A stretch of DNA of 64,000 nucleotides from an uncultured Chloroflexia bacterium (lineage in GTDB: Bacteria; Chloroflexota; Anaerolineae; CG2-30-64-16). Location: NCBI GenBank assembly GCA_963810095.1, contig CAWEMM010000012.1, positions 160,001 through 224,000 of the forward strand, in the 5' to 3' direction. Each line of letters starts with the position of its first letter. The stretch's first letter is position 1. This document shows, piece after piece, positions 31,082 to 40,450 of the stretch. The notes under the pieces are model-generated. The model saw only the letters and a list, made by a program, of their open reading frames with translations. It had not been told where the DNA came from and made no database searches. The position numbers and the translations under genes were made by a program.

Positions 31082-31630
31082 TCAGCCGATAAACACGGGG
31101 AGGTTGGCACAGGCAATAATGTGCTTCCACTTTTCCGGGTCGTTGCCTTCGGTAAACGCCGCAGCCTCAGCGATCACCTTGCCGCCGGCTTCCTCGACCA
31201 GGCGCGTCATGCCTGCCAGCGTGCTCCCCGTGGAGATCACGTCGTCGACCAGGACGATGCGCTTGCCCTTGACCAGGTGTACGTCCTTGCCGTCCAGCCA
31301 CAGCGTCTGCGGCGCGCCCGTCGTGATGGAGACTACATCGACGCTGAGCGAGCCAAGCATGTAGGGCTTGCGGGTCTTTCGGGCGACAATATACGGCTTT
31401 TGCAGCCGGACGGCCAGCGCATGCGCCAACGGGATGCTCTTGACTTCTGCCGTCATGATGGCATCGCATTCGTCGGGGATGCGCGCCACCAGCCAACCGG
31501 CCAGCGCCTCGACCACCTCGTAGTCGCCCAGCATGTTGAACAGCGCAATGCGCACGCTCGGCGCAACCTCGAAAAGGGGCAGGTCACGCTTCACGCCGCA
31601 GATGTCGACAGGGTAGGAATCCTGGGTCAT
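31082..31630 (-). CDS. Purine phosphoribosyltransferase (APRT-like)
   Basis: PRPP motif 'IVLVDDVISTGST'; 'IVARKT.KPYM'; SD GGAGG before MTQDSY. Confidence 0.85.
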   Translation of the reverse strand: MTQDSYPVDICGVKRDLPLFEVAPSVRIALFNMLGDYEVVEALAGWLVARIPDECDAIMTAEVKSIPLAHALAVRLQKPYIVARKTRKPYMLGSLSVDVVSITTGAPQTLWLDGKDVHLVKGKRIVLVDDVISTGSTLAGMTRLVEEAGGKVIAEAAAFTEGNDPEKWKHIIACANLPVFIG

Positions 31631-31745
31631 GGGTGTTACCTCCGCAGCCCTACGGGGTGCGACCACTCGTCGCGCAACGAACGGTCGCCCGCGCAAAACA
31701 GGCTCCAGCGCCAAAGCCAGAGCCTTTACAGCTTCAATTATAGCC

Positions 31746-31780
31746 GAGAAACCGGGTTTCTCCAAGAAACCCGGTTTCTC
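31746..31780. repeat. Palindromic repeat, GAAACCGGGTTTCT family
   Basis: GAGAAACCGGGTTTCTCCAAGAAACCCGGTTTCTC. Confidence 0.75.
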
Positions 31781-31895
31781 CTGCTGAAGCAGGATCGTGA
31801 GCCGTAACGCGCCCGACGAGAGCAATGGCTTCTGCGAGCCACCCGGTTTCTGCTGCGGCTCGGTAACGAAAGTTGCATAACACGGACCCGCTTGG

Positions 31896-31924
31896 TTTAC
31901 AAACCGCTCCTATCATGGTATCCT
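31896..31924 (+). promoter_or_regulatory. Putative sigma70 promoter of gdhA
   Basis: TTTACA, 17 nt, TATCCT with TG extension. Confidence 0.5.
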
Positions 31925-31975
31925 AATGCTCCGCAGGCAATGCTACCCGCATAACTTATGACAAGGAGGTCCCCT

Positions 31976-33241
31976 GTGTCGCCGAAGCGCAGCGTTTACG
32001 AAAACGTCACGGAGCAGTTCAACCGGGCTGCCGATCTGATGGAGCTCGATCCTGACGTCCGCTCCATCCTGGCCAAGCCCATGAACGAGGTCACCGTCAC
32101 CTTCCCGGTTAAGATGGACGACGACCATGTCGAGGTCTTCACCGGCTATCGGGTGCAGCACTCGAACGTGCTCGGCCCATTCAAGGGCGGGCTCCGCTAT
32201 CACCCCAACGTCAACATTGACGAGGTGCGCGCGCTGGCCACCTGGATGACCTGGAAGACGGCCATCGCCGACATCCCGATGGGCGGCGCAAAGGGCGGCA
32301 TCCAGCTTAACCCGGGCAAGTACTCCAAGGCGGAGCTGGAGCGGATCACACGGCGCTTCACCTTCGCGCTGGGCAACAACATCGGCCCCGACTACGACAT
32401 TCCGGCCCCCGACGTGAATACTAACGCTCAGATCATGGCGTGGATGCTTGACACGTACCTGTCGACGGTCCCGCCTGCGGACCGGCACCGCTCGTACCAT
32501 GTCGTCACCGGCAAGCCGATCGAACTCGGCGGCAGCGTGGGCCGCGACAAGGCCACGGGCCAGGGCGTCGTATACGCGATGGAGCAATGGGCGGCCGACA
32601 ACGACATGGATCTGGGCAAGGCAACCTATTTCGTCCAAGGCTTCGGCAACGTGGGCTCGTGGACCGCCCGGCTGCTGGCGCCAAAGGGCTCAGTTCTGCT
32701 CGCCGTTCAAGACCACACGGGGTCGATTGCCCATCCGGACGGCATCGACGCCGAGGATCTGAGCAACTACGTGGCGAAGACTCGGGGCGTTGCGGGCTAT
32801 CCCAAAGCTGAGGCGATCGACGCAGAGACCTTCATGAGGACGAAGGCGGACATCTTCGTGCCTGCTGCTCTCGAGGGGCAGATCACGGCGGAGACCGCGC
32901 CACTGCTCGACGTGAGGGTCATTTTCGAGGCTGCCAACGGCCCCACCGACCTTGACGGCGACCACATCCTGGCCGAGAAGGGCATTCCTGTGTTGCCCGA
33001 CATCCTGTGCAACTCGGGCGGCGTCATCGTGAGCTACTTCGAATGGCTGCAGAACAAGCGCAGCGAGTTCTGGGATCTCGACGAGGTGGACCTGAAGCTG
33101 TGCAAGCGCATGGTATCCGCCTACGAGCGGGTGCGCGACACCCGCAAGCAGTACGGCGACGTCGACTGGCGCACCGCGGCCTACATGGTCGCGCTCCGGC
33201 GGCTGGCAAGGGTGTATCGCGAGCGCGGGATCTTCCCGTAA
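31976..33241 (+). CDS. gdhA: Glu/Leu/Phe/Val dehydrogenase (glutamate dehydrogenase)
   Basis: 'GPFKGGLRYHP', 'MTWK', 'GGAKGG', 'DIPAPDVNT', 'QGFGNVG', 'EAANGP', 'NSGGVIVSYFEW'; SD AAGGAGG before GTG 31976. Confidence 0.92.
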   Translation: MSPKRSVYENVTEQFNRAADLMELDPDVRSILAKPMNEVTVTFPVKMDDDHVEVFTGYRVQHSNVLGPFKGGLRYHPNVNIDEVRALATWMTWKTAIADIPMGGAKGGIQLNPGKYSKAELERITRRFTFALGNNIGPDYDIPAPDVNTNAQIMAWMLDTYLSTVPPADRHRSYHVVTGKPIELGGSVGRDKATGQGVVYAMEQWAADNDMDLGKATYFVQGFGNVGSWTARLLAPKGSVLLAVQDHTGSIAHPDGIDAEDLSNYVAKTRGVAGYPKAEAIDAETFMRTKADIFVPAALEGQITAETAPLLDVRVIFEAANGPTDLDGDHILAEKGIPVLPDILCNSGGVIVSYFEWLQNKRSEFWDLDEVDLKLCKRMVSAYERVRDTRKQYGDVDWRTAAYMVALRRLARVYRERGIFP

Positions 33242-33256
33242 ACCAAACCGGGCCTT

Positions 33257-33331
33257 CACAGGAAGAACCAAAGAACCAAAAGCGGCACGAAGCAGACCTT
33301 GTGAACGTTTGGTTCGTCGGTCCTTCCTGTG
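33257..33331. repeat. Palindromic intergenic repeat, ACAGGAAGAACC variant of the ACAAAGAC family
   Basis: CACAGGAAGAACCAAAGAACCAAA ... TTTGGTTCGTCGGTCCTTCCTGTG. Confidence 0.7.
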
Positions 33332-33419
33332 CAGCCCAACCTGAGCCGGCACGGAACTGTGGCGCTTTCGAAGCCGTCGCAAACCTGCTGGCAAAAATCC
33401 AATTATCAGGTATTCTATT

Positions 33420-34811
33420 TTGCATAAGAAACTCTTGATCGGCACGGGCTGCGTCGCCGCGTTCGTCCTCGCAGCCGGCGTCGTCCTGATGACATTCGCT
33501 CTCTATCGCTACGGCGGCGTCGAGGGCGTCACAGACCGGGTCCGAATGCAGCTTGTGAGCGAGCAGCCGCACGACGACTTCGTGCCCACCCCAGACACGG
33601 CCGTCGCGCTGCCAGACCCGGTCCAACTTGCCGCCTCCAGTATCCTGGCGACCGCCACGAGCGCGCCTGTCGCACTCGAAGCGGCAGCGACGCCGGACCG
33701 TGCTGCGGAGCAACTGGCCTCGTTGATGCAGCCGTCCGATGTGCCCGTCCACCGGAGCAGCCGGTCCATCGCGCCAGGGCCGGCGCCAATCGCGTCTGCC
33801 ACCGCGGCCCCTGCCCTGCCAACGGCTTCGCCCACCGCGGCGCCTGTGTTCCCGCCCGCCACACAACTCGAGGGGCTCGCGCACTACTGGCAGACGTGGA
33901 ACAATTGCGGCCCGGCCACGCTGAGCATGAACCTCAGCTATTTCGGGATCAAGATGGGCCAGGACAAGATCGGCCCGGCGCTCAAGCCCGAAAAGGACGA
34001 CAAGAACGTCGCGCCGGAGCAAATGGCCGCGTACGCCCGCAGCCAGGGGCTTAAGGCGCTCGTGCGCGTGCACGGCGACTCGAACCGGCTGAAGGCGCTG
34101 TTGCAGGCGGGTGTGCCGGTGCTCGTCGAAACGTGGTACGAGCCAAAGCCGAACGACGGCATGGGCCACTACCGGTTGATCGTGGGCTATGACGACGCGG
34201 GTGCGGGCGGAGGCTATTGGATTGCCTACGACTCCTACGACTCGCACGGCATCCAGAAGGGCGACCCCTACCGGGGCGTGCACTTCCCCTACGGCAGCTT
34301 CGACAAGCTCTGGAAGGTGTTCGGACGCACCTACATCCCGGTTTACGACGAGAGCCGTGCCGGGGCTGTCGAACAGGTGCTGGGGGCCGACCTGGACGAC
34401 GCGCAGATGTGGCAGCGCGCACTGGCCGGCGACTTGGCCTATGTGAAGGCCAACCCTAAGGACGCGTTTGGTTGGTTCAACGTGGGCACAGACTATCTGA
34501 ACCTCGGCGACAGTAAGGCAGCTGCCCAGGCCTATGACGCCGCGCGGCGCCTTAAGCTGCCCTGGCGCATGTTGTGGTACCAGTTTGGTCCGTTCAAAGC
34601 GTATTACGACCAGGGGCGCTACAAGGAAGTCATCACGCTGGCCGACGCGACGATCAAGACCGCCGTCAACGACGAGGAGCTGTTCTACTGGAAAGGCCTC
34701 GCCCAGCAGGCGCTCGGCGACACGGCCGGCGCCAAAGCCTCGCTCCAGCAGGCCGTCAAGCTTCGCCCGACCTACCAGGATGCGCTCGACGCCCTGGCGC
34801 AGCTGAAATAG
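33420..34811 (+). CDS. Membrane-anchored C39-like cysteine peptidase with C-terminal TPR repeats
   Basis: N-terminal TM; 'QTWNNCGPAT'; 'GHYRLIVGYD'; 'YDS'; TPR-like helices. Confidence 0.82.
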   Translation: MHKKLLIGTGCVAAFVLAAGVVLMTFALYRYGGVEGVTDRVRMQLVSEQPHDDFVPTPDTAVALPDPVQLAASSILATATSAPVALEAAATPDRAAEQLASLMQPSDVPVHRSSRSIAPGPAPIASATAAPALPTASPTAAPVFPPATQLEGLAHYWQTWNNCGPATLSMNLSYFGIKMGQDKIGPALKPEKDDKNVAPEQMAAYARSQGLKALVRVHGDSNRLKALLQAGVPVLVETWYEPKPNDGMGHYRLIVGYDDAGAGGGYWIAYDSYDSHGIQKGDPYRGVHFPYGSFDKLWKVFGRTYIPVYDESRAGAVEQVLGADLDDAQMWQRALAGDLAYVKANPKDAFGWFNVGTDYLNLGDSKAAAQAYDAARRLKLPWRMLWYQFGPFKAYYDQGRYKEVITLADATIKTAVNDEELFYWKGLAQQALGDTAGAKASLQQAVKLRPTYQDALDALAQLK

Positions 34812-34903
34812 GGCGCTCATTGCGCTGATCGAACTGATTGCGCTGATCGAACCGATCTTTGGGAGATCAGTTCGATCCGTCGGATCAGTTGAATCGGCGT
34901 CCC
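34811..34903. repeat. Palindromic repeat built from ~9-nt subunits (CTGATCGAA/CTGATT family)
   Basis: GCGCTGATCGAACTGATTGCGCTGATCGAACCGATC ... GATCAGTTCGATCCGTCGGATCAGTT. Confidence 0.65.
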
Positions 34904-34915
34904 ATTCTTTACTCC

Positions 34916-36472
34916 ATGACGGAAGCATCTACCCGCCGGCACATTGCCCGCAACGTCCTGCTCGTTGCGGGCTGCTTCGCGCTGGCGGCCGTGGCGGGCC
35001 TCTTCCGCAACGCGGTCATCGCCGCGACCTTCGGCATCGGCTCCGCGCTGGATGCCTATTATGCGGCTTTTAAGCTCCCAGACCTCCTGTTTACAATCGT
35101 AGCGGGCGGTGCGCTGGCAACCGCTTTCATCCCCGTGTTCGCCGACTACGTGGCCGGCGGCGACCGGGCCGGCGCGTGGCGGCTGACGTCCGCGGTCCTC
35201 AACTGGGTCATCGTCCTGATCACGCTGCTGGCTGCAGTGGCCGCGTTTCTGGCGCCCGTCCTCGTGCGCACCGTCATCGCGCCCGGCTTCACCTTGGCCG
35301 AGCAGGCCGAGACGGCGAGCGTCATGCGCATCGTCCTCTTCTCGACGGTCCTGTTCGGCATGTCTGCCGTGCTGGGCAGCGCGCTGAATGGCCTGAAGCA
35401 CTTCCTGCTGCCTGCGCTGGCGCCGGTCGTCTACCCCCTGTGCATCGCAGCGGGCGCGTTGTTCCTGGCACCCACCATGGGCGTGCGCGGCCTTGCCGTG
35501 GGCGCGGTCGTGGGTGCGCTGCTGCACCTGCTGATCAAGGTCCCGGCCCTCATCAAGTACGGCTTCCACTGGTCGCCCCTATTCCGAATGGGCGACGGCT
35601 CCGTGCGGCGAGTCGCAGTACTGATGGGCCCGCGCGTGCTCGACCTCGCCATGTTCCACCTGACCCTGCTCGCGACGACCAACCTGGCTTCCCGGCTTGG
35701 GCCCGGCAGCGTCAGCGCGCTGCAGTGGGGGTGGGATGCCATGCAGCTGCCCGAAACCATCATCGGCACCGCGTTCGGGCTGGTGGCCTTCCCCACCCTG
35801 GCCGAGCTCGCCGCACGCGGCAACCAGGACGGGCTGCGCCGGACGCTGGGCGAGTCGCTGCGCACCGTGCTGGCGTTCGCGGTGCCCGCGGCGGCGGGGC
35901 TCATCCTGCTCGGCCGGCCGCTCATTGCGCTGCTCTACCAACGCGGCAGTTTTGACGCGCAGGCGACAGAGGCTGTCTATGCCGCCCTGCGCATGTACGC
36001 CCTCGGTCTCACCGCCCAGTGCGTGCTCGAGCTGGCCGCCCGCGCCTATTTCGCGCAGAAGGACACCATCACGCCCCTCATCCTGGCAACCGGCTCCGCG
36101 GTGCTGAACATCGCTCTCGGGATCGTCCTGATGCGGCCGATGGGATACACGGGGCTCGCACTCGCCAACTCGGTGGCAGTGACGCTGGAGGTGCTGGCGC
36201 TCCTCTTCATCCTGGGCCGCCGCATGGGCGGGGTCGAGGGGACGGCAAACGGGAAGGCGTTGCTGCGGGTGTTGGCCGCAACAGGCGTAATGTCGGCGGC
36301 AGTGCTGGCCGTGCTGACGCTGGGCGCGCAGGCGGGAATGGGCGGTTTGCTCGGCGTGGCCCTGGCGGCCGCGGTGGGCGCACTGGTCTACGTGGTCGCG
36401 GCGCTCCTCTTTCGCGTGCGGGAACTGGGACGGTTCGTCGGGGCCATCCTGGGCAAGCGCACGTCGGCTTAA
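34916..36472 (+). CDS. murJ: Lipid II flippase MurJ (MviN), paralog 2
   Basis: 'FGIGSALDAYYAAFKLPD', 'GGALATAFIPVF', 'MQLPETIIG', 'YQRGSF', 'YFAQKDTITP'. Confidence 0.88.
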   Translation: MTEASTRRHIARNVLLVAGCFALAAVAGLFRNAVIAATFGIGSALDAYYAAFKLPDLLFTIVAGGALATAFIPVFADYVAGGDRAGAWRLTSAVLNWVIVLITLLAAVAAFLAPVLVRTVIAPGFTLAEQAETASVMRIVLFSTVLFGMSAVLGSALNGLKHFLLPALAPVVYPLCIAAGALFLAPTMGVRGLAVGAVVGALLHLLIKVPALIKYGFHWSPLFRMGDGSVRRVAVLMGPRVLDLAMFHLTLLATTNLASRLGPGSVSALQWGWDAMQLPETIIGTAFGLVAFPTLAELAARGNQDGLRRTLGESLRTVLAFAVPAAAGLILLGRPLIALLYQRGSFDAQATEAVYAALRMYALGLTAQCVLELAARAYFAQKDTITPLILATGSAVLNIALGIVLMRPMGYTGLALANSVAVTLEVLALLFILGRRMGGVEGTANGKALLRVLAATGVMSAAVLAVLTLGAQAGMGGLLGVALAAAVGALVYVVAALLFRVRELGRFVGAILGKRTSA

Positions 36473-36890
36473 GTGCAACACAGGGAAATTGTCGGCGGAT
36501 GCATAATGGCGATTTGGCGGGGGCACTCTTGCCCCCGCCGCCCCCCGCCCAGGGGCTGCGCCCCTTGGAACCCCAAAGGCAACACCATGGGTACAGGTTT
36601 GGCCGGTTAAGTGACTATAGGGGCGGATGAGCCAGGCACGGCAGGAACCATGCGTGTACTTTTAACCGACGTTGTGTGAGAAGCGACCGTTGCGCCCCCG
36701 GCACCGCCAAGGGCATAACTGTAGCGAGGCAGCCCGCCCGCGAGGAGCGTGTCCTTTGGGGGTTTCGGGGGCATCGCCCCCGAAGCGGGAGCGGCGGCAG
36801 CCGGGCGGCGGGGGCCAGCCGGCCCTCACCAAAAAGCATGACGCACCTTGCACGGCCATCCGCCAATTTCCCAGTGATTGCACCTAAACC
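36466..36890. mobile_element. Putative MITE-like / highly structured non-coding element with ~35-bp imperfect terminal inverted repeats and nested internal inverted repeats
   Basis: Left end GGCTTAAGTGCAACACAGGGAAATTGTCGGCGGATG vs reverse complement of right end GGTTTAGGTGCAATCACTGGGAAATTGGCGGATG; GCCCCCGCCGCCC (36531-43) pairs with 36803-15; CCCCAAAGG (36571-79) pairs with 36753-61. Confidence 0.5.
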
Positions 36891-37086
36891 AATCGCAAAG
36901 TGAAAAGAACACGCTGTAGGGCGAGCTCTAGCTCGACGGTGTACTACGTTCGCAACCCCGTATTGCGACTGCTTTAGTCACTGGCGGGATTTCTGCACTA
37001 GACGAACGTTTGTTGTTCACCCCAAGCGACCATGCTAAACTACGAGAGGCTTCGAATCGTCGCCTGTCCATCCGAGGAGCGTCATT

Positions 37087-37944
37087 ATGAACGTCGTAAA
37101 AAAGGTCGTTGCAGTGCTCGTCATGGTCCTGAGCGTTCTGCTCCTGCTTGTCATGCTTGCGGGCATTGGCGGCGTATGGTGGGGGCAGGGGCAGCTCAAG
37201 GGAGCCGTTACCTCGCTCTCCACCGCGGCCAATACCGCGCTGACAAGCGCCAGCGGCGCAGTAACGCAGGTGGACACGGTCGTGCAGACGAGCCAGGGCC
37301 GCGTCGACGAGGCCGTGACCAACATCACGGCTGCCGGCACGAAGGTCGAGGAAAGCAAAGTGGCCCTCGCGGCCGCAGAGAAACTGCTCGATACTGACCT
37401 CACGTCGGGCCTCCAGCGCGTCACCGAGCGGGTGAGCGACCTTCGGGCCACGATCTCGGTCATCGACCAGACGGTCAGCTTGATGCAGCGCTTGCCAGGG
37501 GGACGTGACAACCAGCTCCTTACAACAGCAGACGCGGTCATCGCGAAGCTTAAGGAGCTCGACCAGGCGGTGCAGGACTTCCGAACCTCTGTCCAGGATG
37601 CGAAGGCGCAGGCCACGGCCGCCGTCGTGGAGAAAGTGACGACCCCGCTCAACCGCGTCAGCGCGCGCCTCGGTGAGGTGAGCACGGACCTGGCGACGCT
37701 CAATCAGCGCATCGCCGAAGAGCAGTCTGCGCTGGCGACGCTCACAGGCCAGGTCTTGACCGGGATCACCCTCGGCGCGATCGTGCTGACGCTCGCGTTC
37801 CTGTGGATGGCGCTCGCCCAACTCGCCCTCTTTGTCCACGCCTGGGGAATCTTCACCGGCCGCGACCCGCTGGCCCGGTGGCACAAGCGCAAGTCGGGTG
37901 CGGATGCGCTCCCGGTCCCTCAGGCAACGGGCGGCGTCGCCTAA
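37087..37944 (+). CDS. Hypothetical membrane protein: two TM helices flanking a coiled coil
   Basis: SD GAGGAG; hydrophobic N- and C-termini; helical heptad-rich middle. Confidence 0.7.
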   Translation: MNVVKKVVAVLVMVLSVLLLLVMLAGIGGVWWGQGQLKGAVTSLSTAANTALTSASGAVTQVDTVVQTSQGRVDEAVTNITAAGTKVEESKVALAAAEKLLDTDLTSGLQRVTERVSDLRATISVIDQTVSLMQRLPGGRDNQLLTTADAVIAKLKELDQAVQDFRTSVQDAKAQATAAVVEKVTTPLNRVSARLGEVSTDLATLNQRIAEEQSALATLTGQVLTGITLGAIVLTLAFLWMALAQLALFVHAWGIFTGRDPLARWHKRKSGADALPVPQATGGVA

Positions 37945-38081
37945 GCTTCTTTGCACTCAGGGTCTATTCGAGGATTAGCTGGGGCCGGTCTCTGACCGTG
38001 TCCCGTCTGGCCCGGGCGCCAGCCAAACTGGCGTACGAGACCGGCCACAGCGTTTTCGGATAGACACTCATGCTTTTTGCG

Positions 38082-38121
38082 GGCCAGACTTCCCGCGGTT
38101 TCAAGCGCGGGAAGTCTGGCC
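38082..38121. other. Perfect 16-bp hairpin upstream of mscS
   Basis: GGCCAGACTTCCCGCG (38082-97) / CGCGGGAAGTCTGGCC (38106-21). Confidence 0.6.
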
Positions 38122-38169
38122 GCGGCGTTGATCTCTATCCCCGACGCTTAGCCCTCGGAGTGACCAATC

Positions 38170-39003
38170 GTGGAAACGCTCGTCGCCGCTCTCGGCAAGA
38201 CCGCCCTCGTCGTGGCGGTCCGCCTGCTCATCCTCGGTATTGCCGCATGGGTGTTTTTCTGGCTCATCGAGCGGGGCCGGCGGCTCTTCGAGCAGCGTAT
38301 CGTGCAGAAGTCCGACGACCCCTCCCGCAAGGCCCGCCTGGCAACCCTGCTCGAGGCATCGGTCCGCACGGCGCAGCTCTTCCTTGTGGTCGTGCTCGGG
38401 CTGATGGTGCTGGCCTCGCTAGGCATCAACATCGGGCCGGTGCTGGCCGCGGCCGGCGTAATGGGTCTGGCAGTTTCCCTCGGCGCGCAGGCATTGATCA
38501 AGGACTTCATCGGGGGCCTGCTGATCCTACTCGAGGACCAGTTCCGGGTGGGCGACGTGATCAGGGTGCAGGATACGGAGGGCACGGTCGAGCGTATCTC
38601 GCTGCGCGCTTGCAACGTGCGCGACCTCCAGGGGCGGCTGTGGGTGGTGCCTAACGGCGATGTCCGGTTCGTCTCGAACGCGACGCGCGACTGGGCCAGG
38701 GCCGTGGTCGACCTGAACCTCGACCTCGGCGCCGACGTGAACAGGGCCGTCTCGGTGCTCCAGGCCGCGCTGCTGGAAGCGGCGGAGGACCCGGCCCTGC
38801 TGGACAAGCTGCTCGAAAAGCCCGTGGTCGAAGGTTACACCGGCATCACCGACTGGGCCGTGCAGGTGCGGCTGAAGGCGATGACCCAAGCGGGTCAACA
38901 GTGGAGTGTCGCCCGAATTCTGCGGGAGGAAGCCTTGGCGGCCTTGCGCGATGCCGGCATCCCCGTCGCCGCCAGGATGGCCGGCCGGGACGGAGCGATT
39001 TGA
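38170..39003 (+). CDS. mscS: Small-conductance mechanosensitive channel (MscS/YkuT-like)
   Basis: 'LAVSLGAQALIKDFIGG..ILLEDQFRVGD.I...GTVERISLR...VPNG'. Confidence 0.85.
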   Translation: METLVAALGKTALVVAVRLLILGIAAWVFFWLIERGRRLFEQRIVQKSDDPSRKARLATLLEASVRTAQLFLVVVLGLMVLASLGINIGPVLAAAGVMGLAVSLGAQALIKDFIGGLLILLEDQFRVGDVIRVQDTEGTVERISLRACNVRDLQGRLWVVPNGDVRFVSNATRDWARAVVDLNLDLGADVNRAVSVLQAALLEAAEDPALLDKLLEKPVVEGYTGITDWAVQVRLKAMTQAGQQWSVARILREEALAALRDAGIPVAARMAGRDGAI

Positions 39004-39187
39004 GGGCCAGGGGGGCGGACTTGCACGACCGGTGCGTGCTTTCGCCGCCGAGGCCTCAGGGGTGGAGTTCGAGTTTTCTGTAGGGGCCTTGCGCTGAATC
39101 TTGCAGCCCGCCCGACTTACGGGTGGAACTTCCGGTCCTCGTTAATCTTGTGTTACAATCCCCGTCGATTGCTTTGCGGAGTCGCGG

Positions 39188-39460
39188 ATGCCGATCTACG
39201 AGTATGCCTGCCGGGCGTGCGGAGCTGAGTTCGAGCACCTGCACGCATCGATGAAGGAGATCACTGCGCCTGCCTGCCCCGCCTGCACGAGTTCGGATGT
39301 GCAGCGGCGCTTCTCCGCGCCGGCCGTCCGGCTGAGCGGCAAGACATCGGATGCGGGCGGCGAGCAACCCGCCACCGCGCCGAGTAAGCCGGAGGTCTTC
39401 GGGCGGAAAGAGCTTAACGCGGCGCTGAGCAGCCAGGGCAAACAACCTACGGGAGAATAG
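39188..39460 (+). CDS. FmdB-family zinc-ribbon protein
   Basis: 'MPIYEYACRACG..FE...CPACTS'. Confidence 0.85.
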   Translation: MPIYEYACRACGAEFEHLHASMKEITAPACPACTSSDVQRRFSAPAVRLSGKTSDAGGEQPATAPSKPEVFGRKELNAALSSQGKQPTGE

Positions 39461-39462
39461 GG

Positions 39463-39889
39463 ATGGACGAGGCGCTGGTCAAAAAGCTGCAAGCTTAAGC
39501 CGGGGGTACGCGTCCTCGTGTTGAACCCGCCCGAGGGGTACCTGGCGCGCTTAGCGCCCCTCCCTGCCCGCGCGACGCTCGTAGACCAGGGCCCGGCCGA
39601 CTGGGTCCAGGTGTTCGTGCGTAACAAGGCCGAGGTGGATGTGCTGGCCCCCCAGGCTATCGAGGCCGTGAAACGCGACGGCGTGCTTTGGCTCAGCTAC
39701 ATCAAGGGCGGCGCCAAGGCCGGCACGGACATCAACCGGGATAAGGGCTGGGATGTTGTCTACGCGGCCGGATGGGGCCCAGTCGCGAGCGCGGCGATCG
39801 ACGAGCAGTGGACGGCACTGCGTTTTCGGCCGGAGGCCGACATAGAGCGCAAGAGTGGGTCGCAGTTTGCACAGGATCGGGGCAAGTGA
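39463..39889 (+). CDS. Conserved hypothetical protein, DUF3052-like (apparent frameshift near 39490)
   Basis: 'LVKKL.LKPG' N-terminus; 'LWLSYIKG...TDINRDKGW...IDEQWTALRFR'. Confidence 0.65.
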
Positions 39890-40416
39890 GGGTCGGCCGC
39901 CCTTCTGCTGCCGGCATCGCCGGCTTGTTTCTGGTGCTCGGGCTGACCGCGTGTGCGTCCGCTCCGAGTACCGTGACGCCGGGCTACCGCGCCGTCAATC
40001 TCCAGCCCGGAGACAGCATTAAGGTCGACGACGCAACACAGGACGTGACGCTCGAGGTCACCAGCGAGCGCGGCATCGGAAAGGTTGACATCGTTCGGAC
40101 GGGGTCCCCGCCCAAGACCTTGACGATCAATTTCCACCTCAAGGGGTTGGAAGAACTGCGTTGGAGCTGGGGCGACACCACCCTGATCGCACACGTATCC
40201 AGCAACGATGGCGGGGTGCGTGAGGAGGTCATCCAGAACGGCGGCCAGCCGGTGCCGGTCGACAGCACCAGCCCGTATTGGGCGCCGGTCGCGATTGAGG
40301 GCAGCAACCCGAAGATCCCGCTGCAAGATGGCTTCTTTGCCGTGACCGCGCCGCCGGCCTTCCTGCAGGCCGCGCCGCAGCGGTTTAGCCTCCAGTGGAT
40401 CGACTTCTACAGGTGA
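39886..40416 (+). CDS. Hypothetical lipoprotein
   Basis: GTGA overlap with the upstream gene; lipobox LTAC; C-terminal 'WIDFYR'. Confidence 0.65.
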   Translation: MRVGRPSAAGIAGLFLVLGLTACASAPSTVTPGYRAVNLQPGDSIKVDDATQDVTLEVTSERGIGKVDIVRTGSPPKTLTINFHLKGLEELRWSWGDTTLIAHVSSNDGGVREEVIQNGGQPVPVDSTSPYWAPVAIEGSNPKIPLQDGFFAVTAPPAFLQAAPQRFSLQWIDFYR

Positions 40417-40450
40417 AACACCTCTACTCGGCCGAGAACTGCTAACACGC

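Noticed and set aside
31863-31876. GTAAC-N4-GTTGC possible nitrogen-regulator site upstream of gdhA
   Set aside because: Single imperfect short palindrome with no matching regulator in the window; not supportable.
33024-34928. Long antisense ORFs (this 634-aa ORF, 48731..50356, 50440..51939, 43969..44937 and others)
   Set aside because: Shadow ORFs opposite well-supported genes, expected in high-GC DNA; no recognisable motifs.
36019-36903. Short ORFs within the structured intergenic element
   Set aside because: Low-complexity Pro/Gly/Arg translations with no SD or domain signal; better explained as non-coding inverted repeats.
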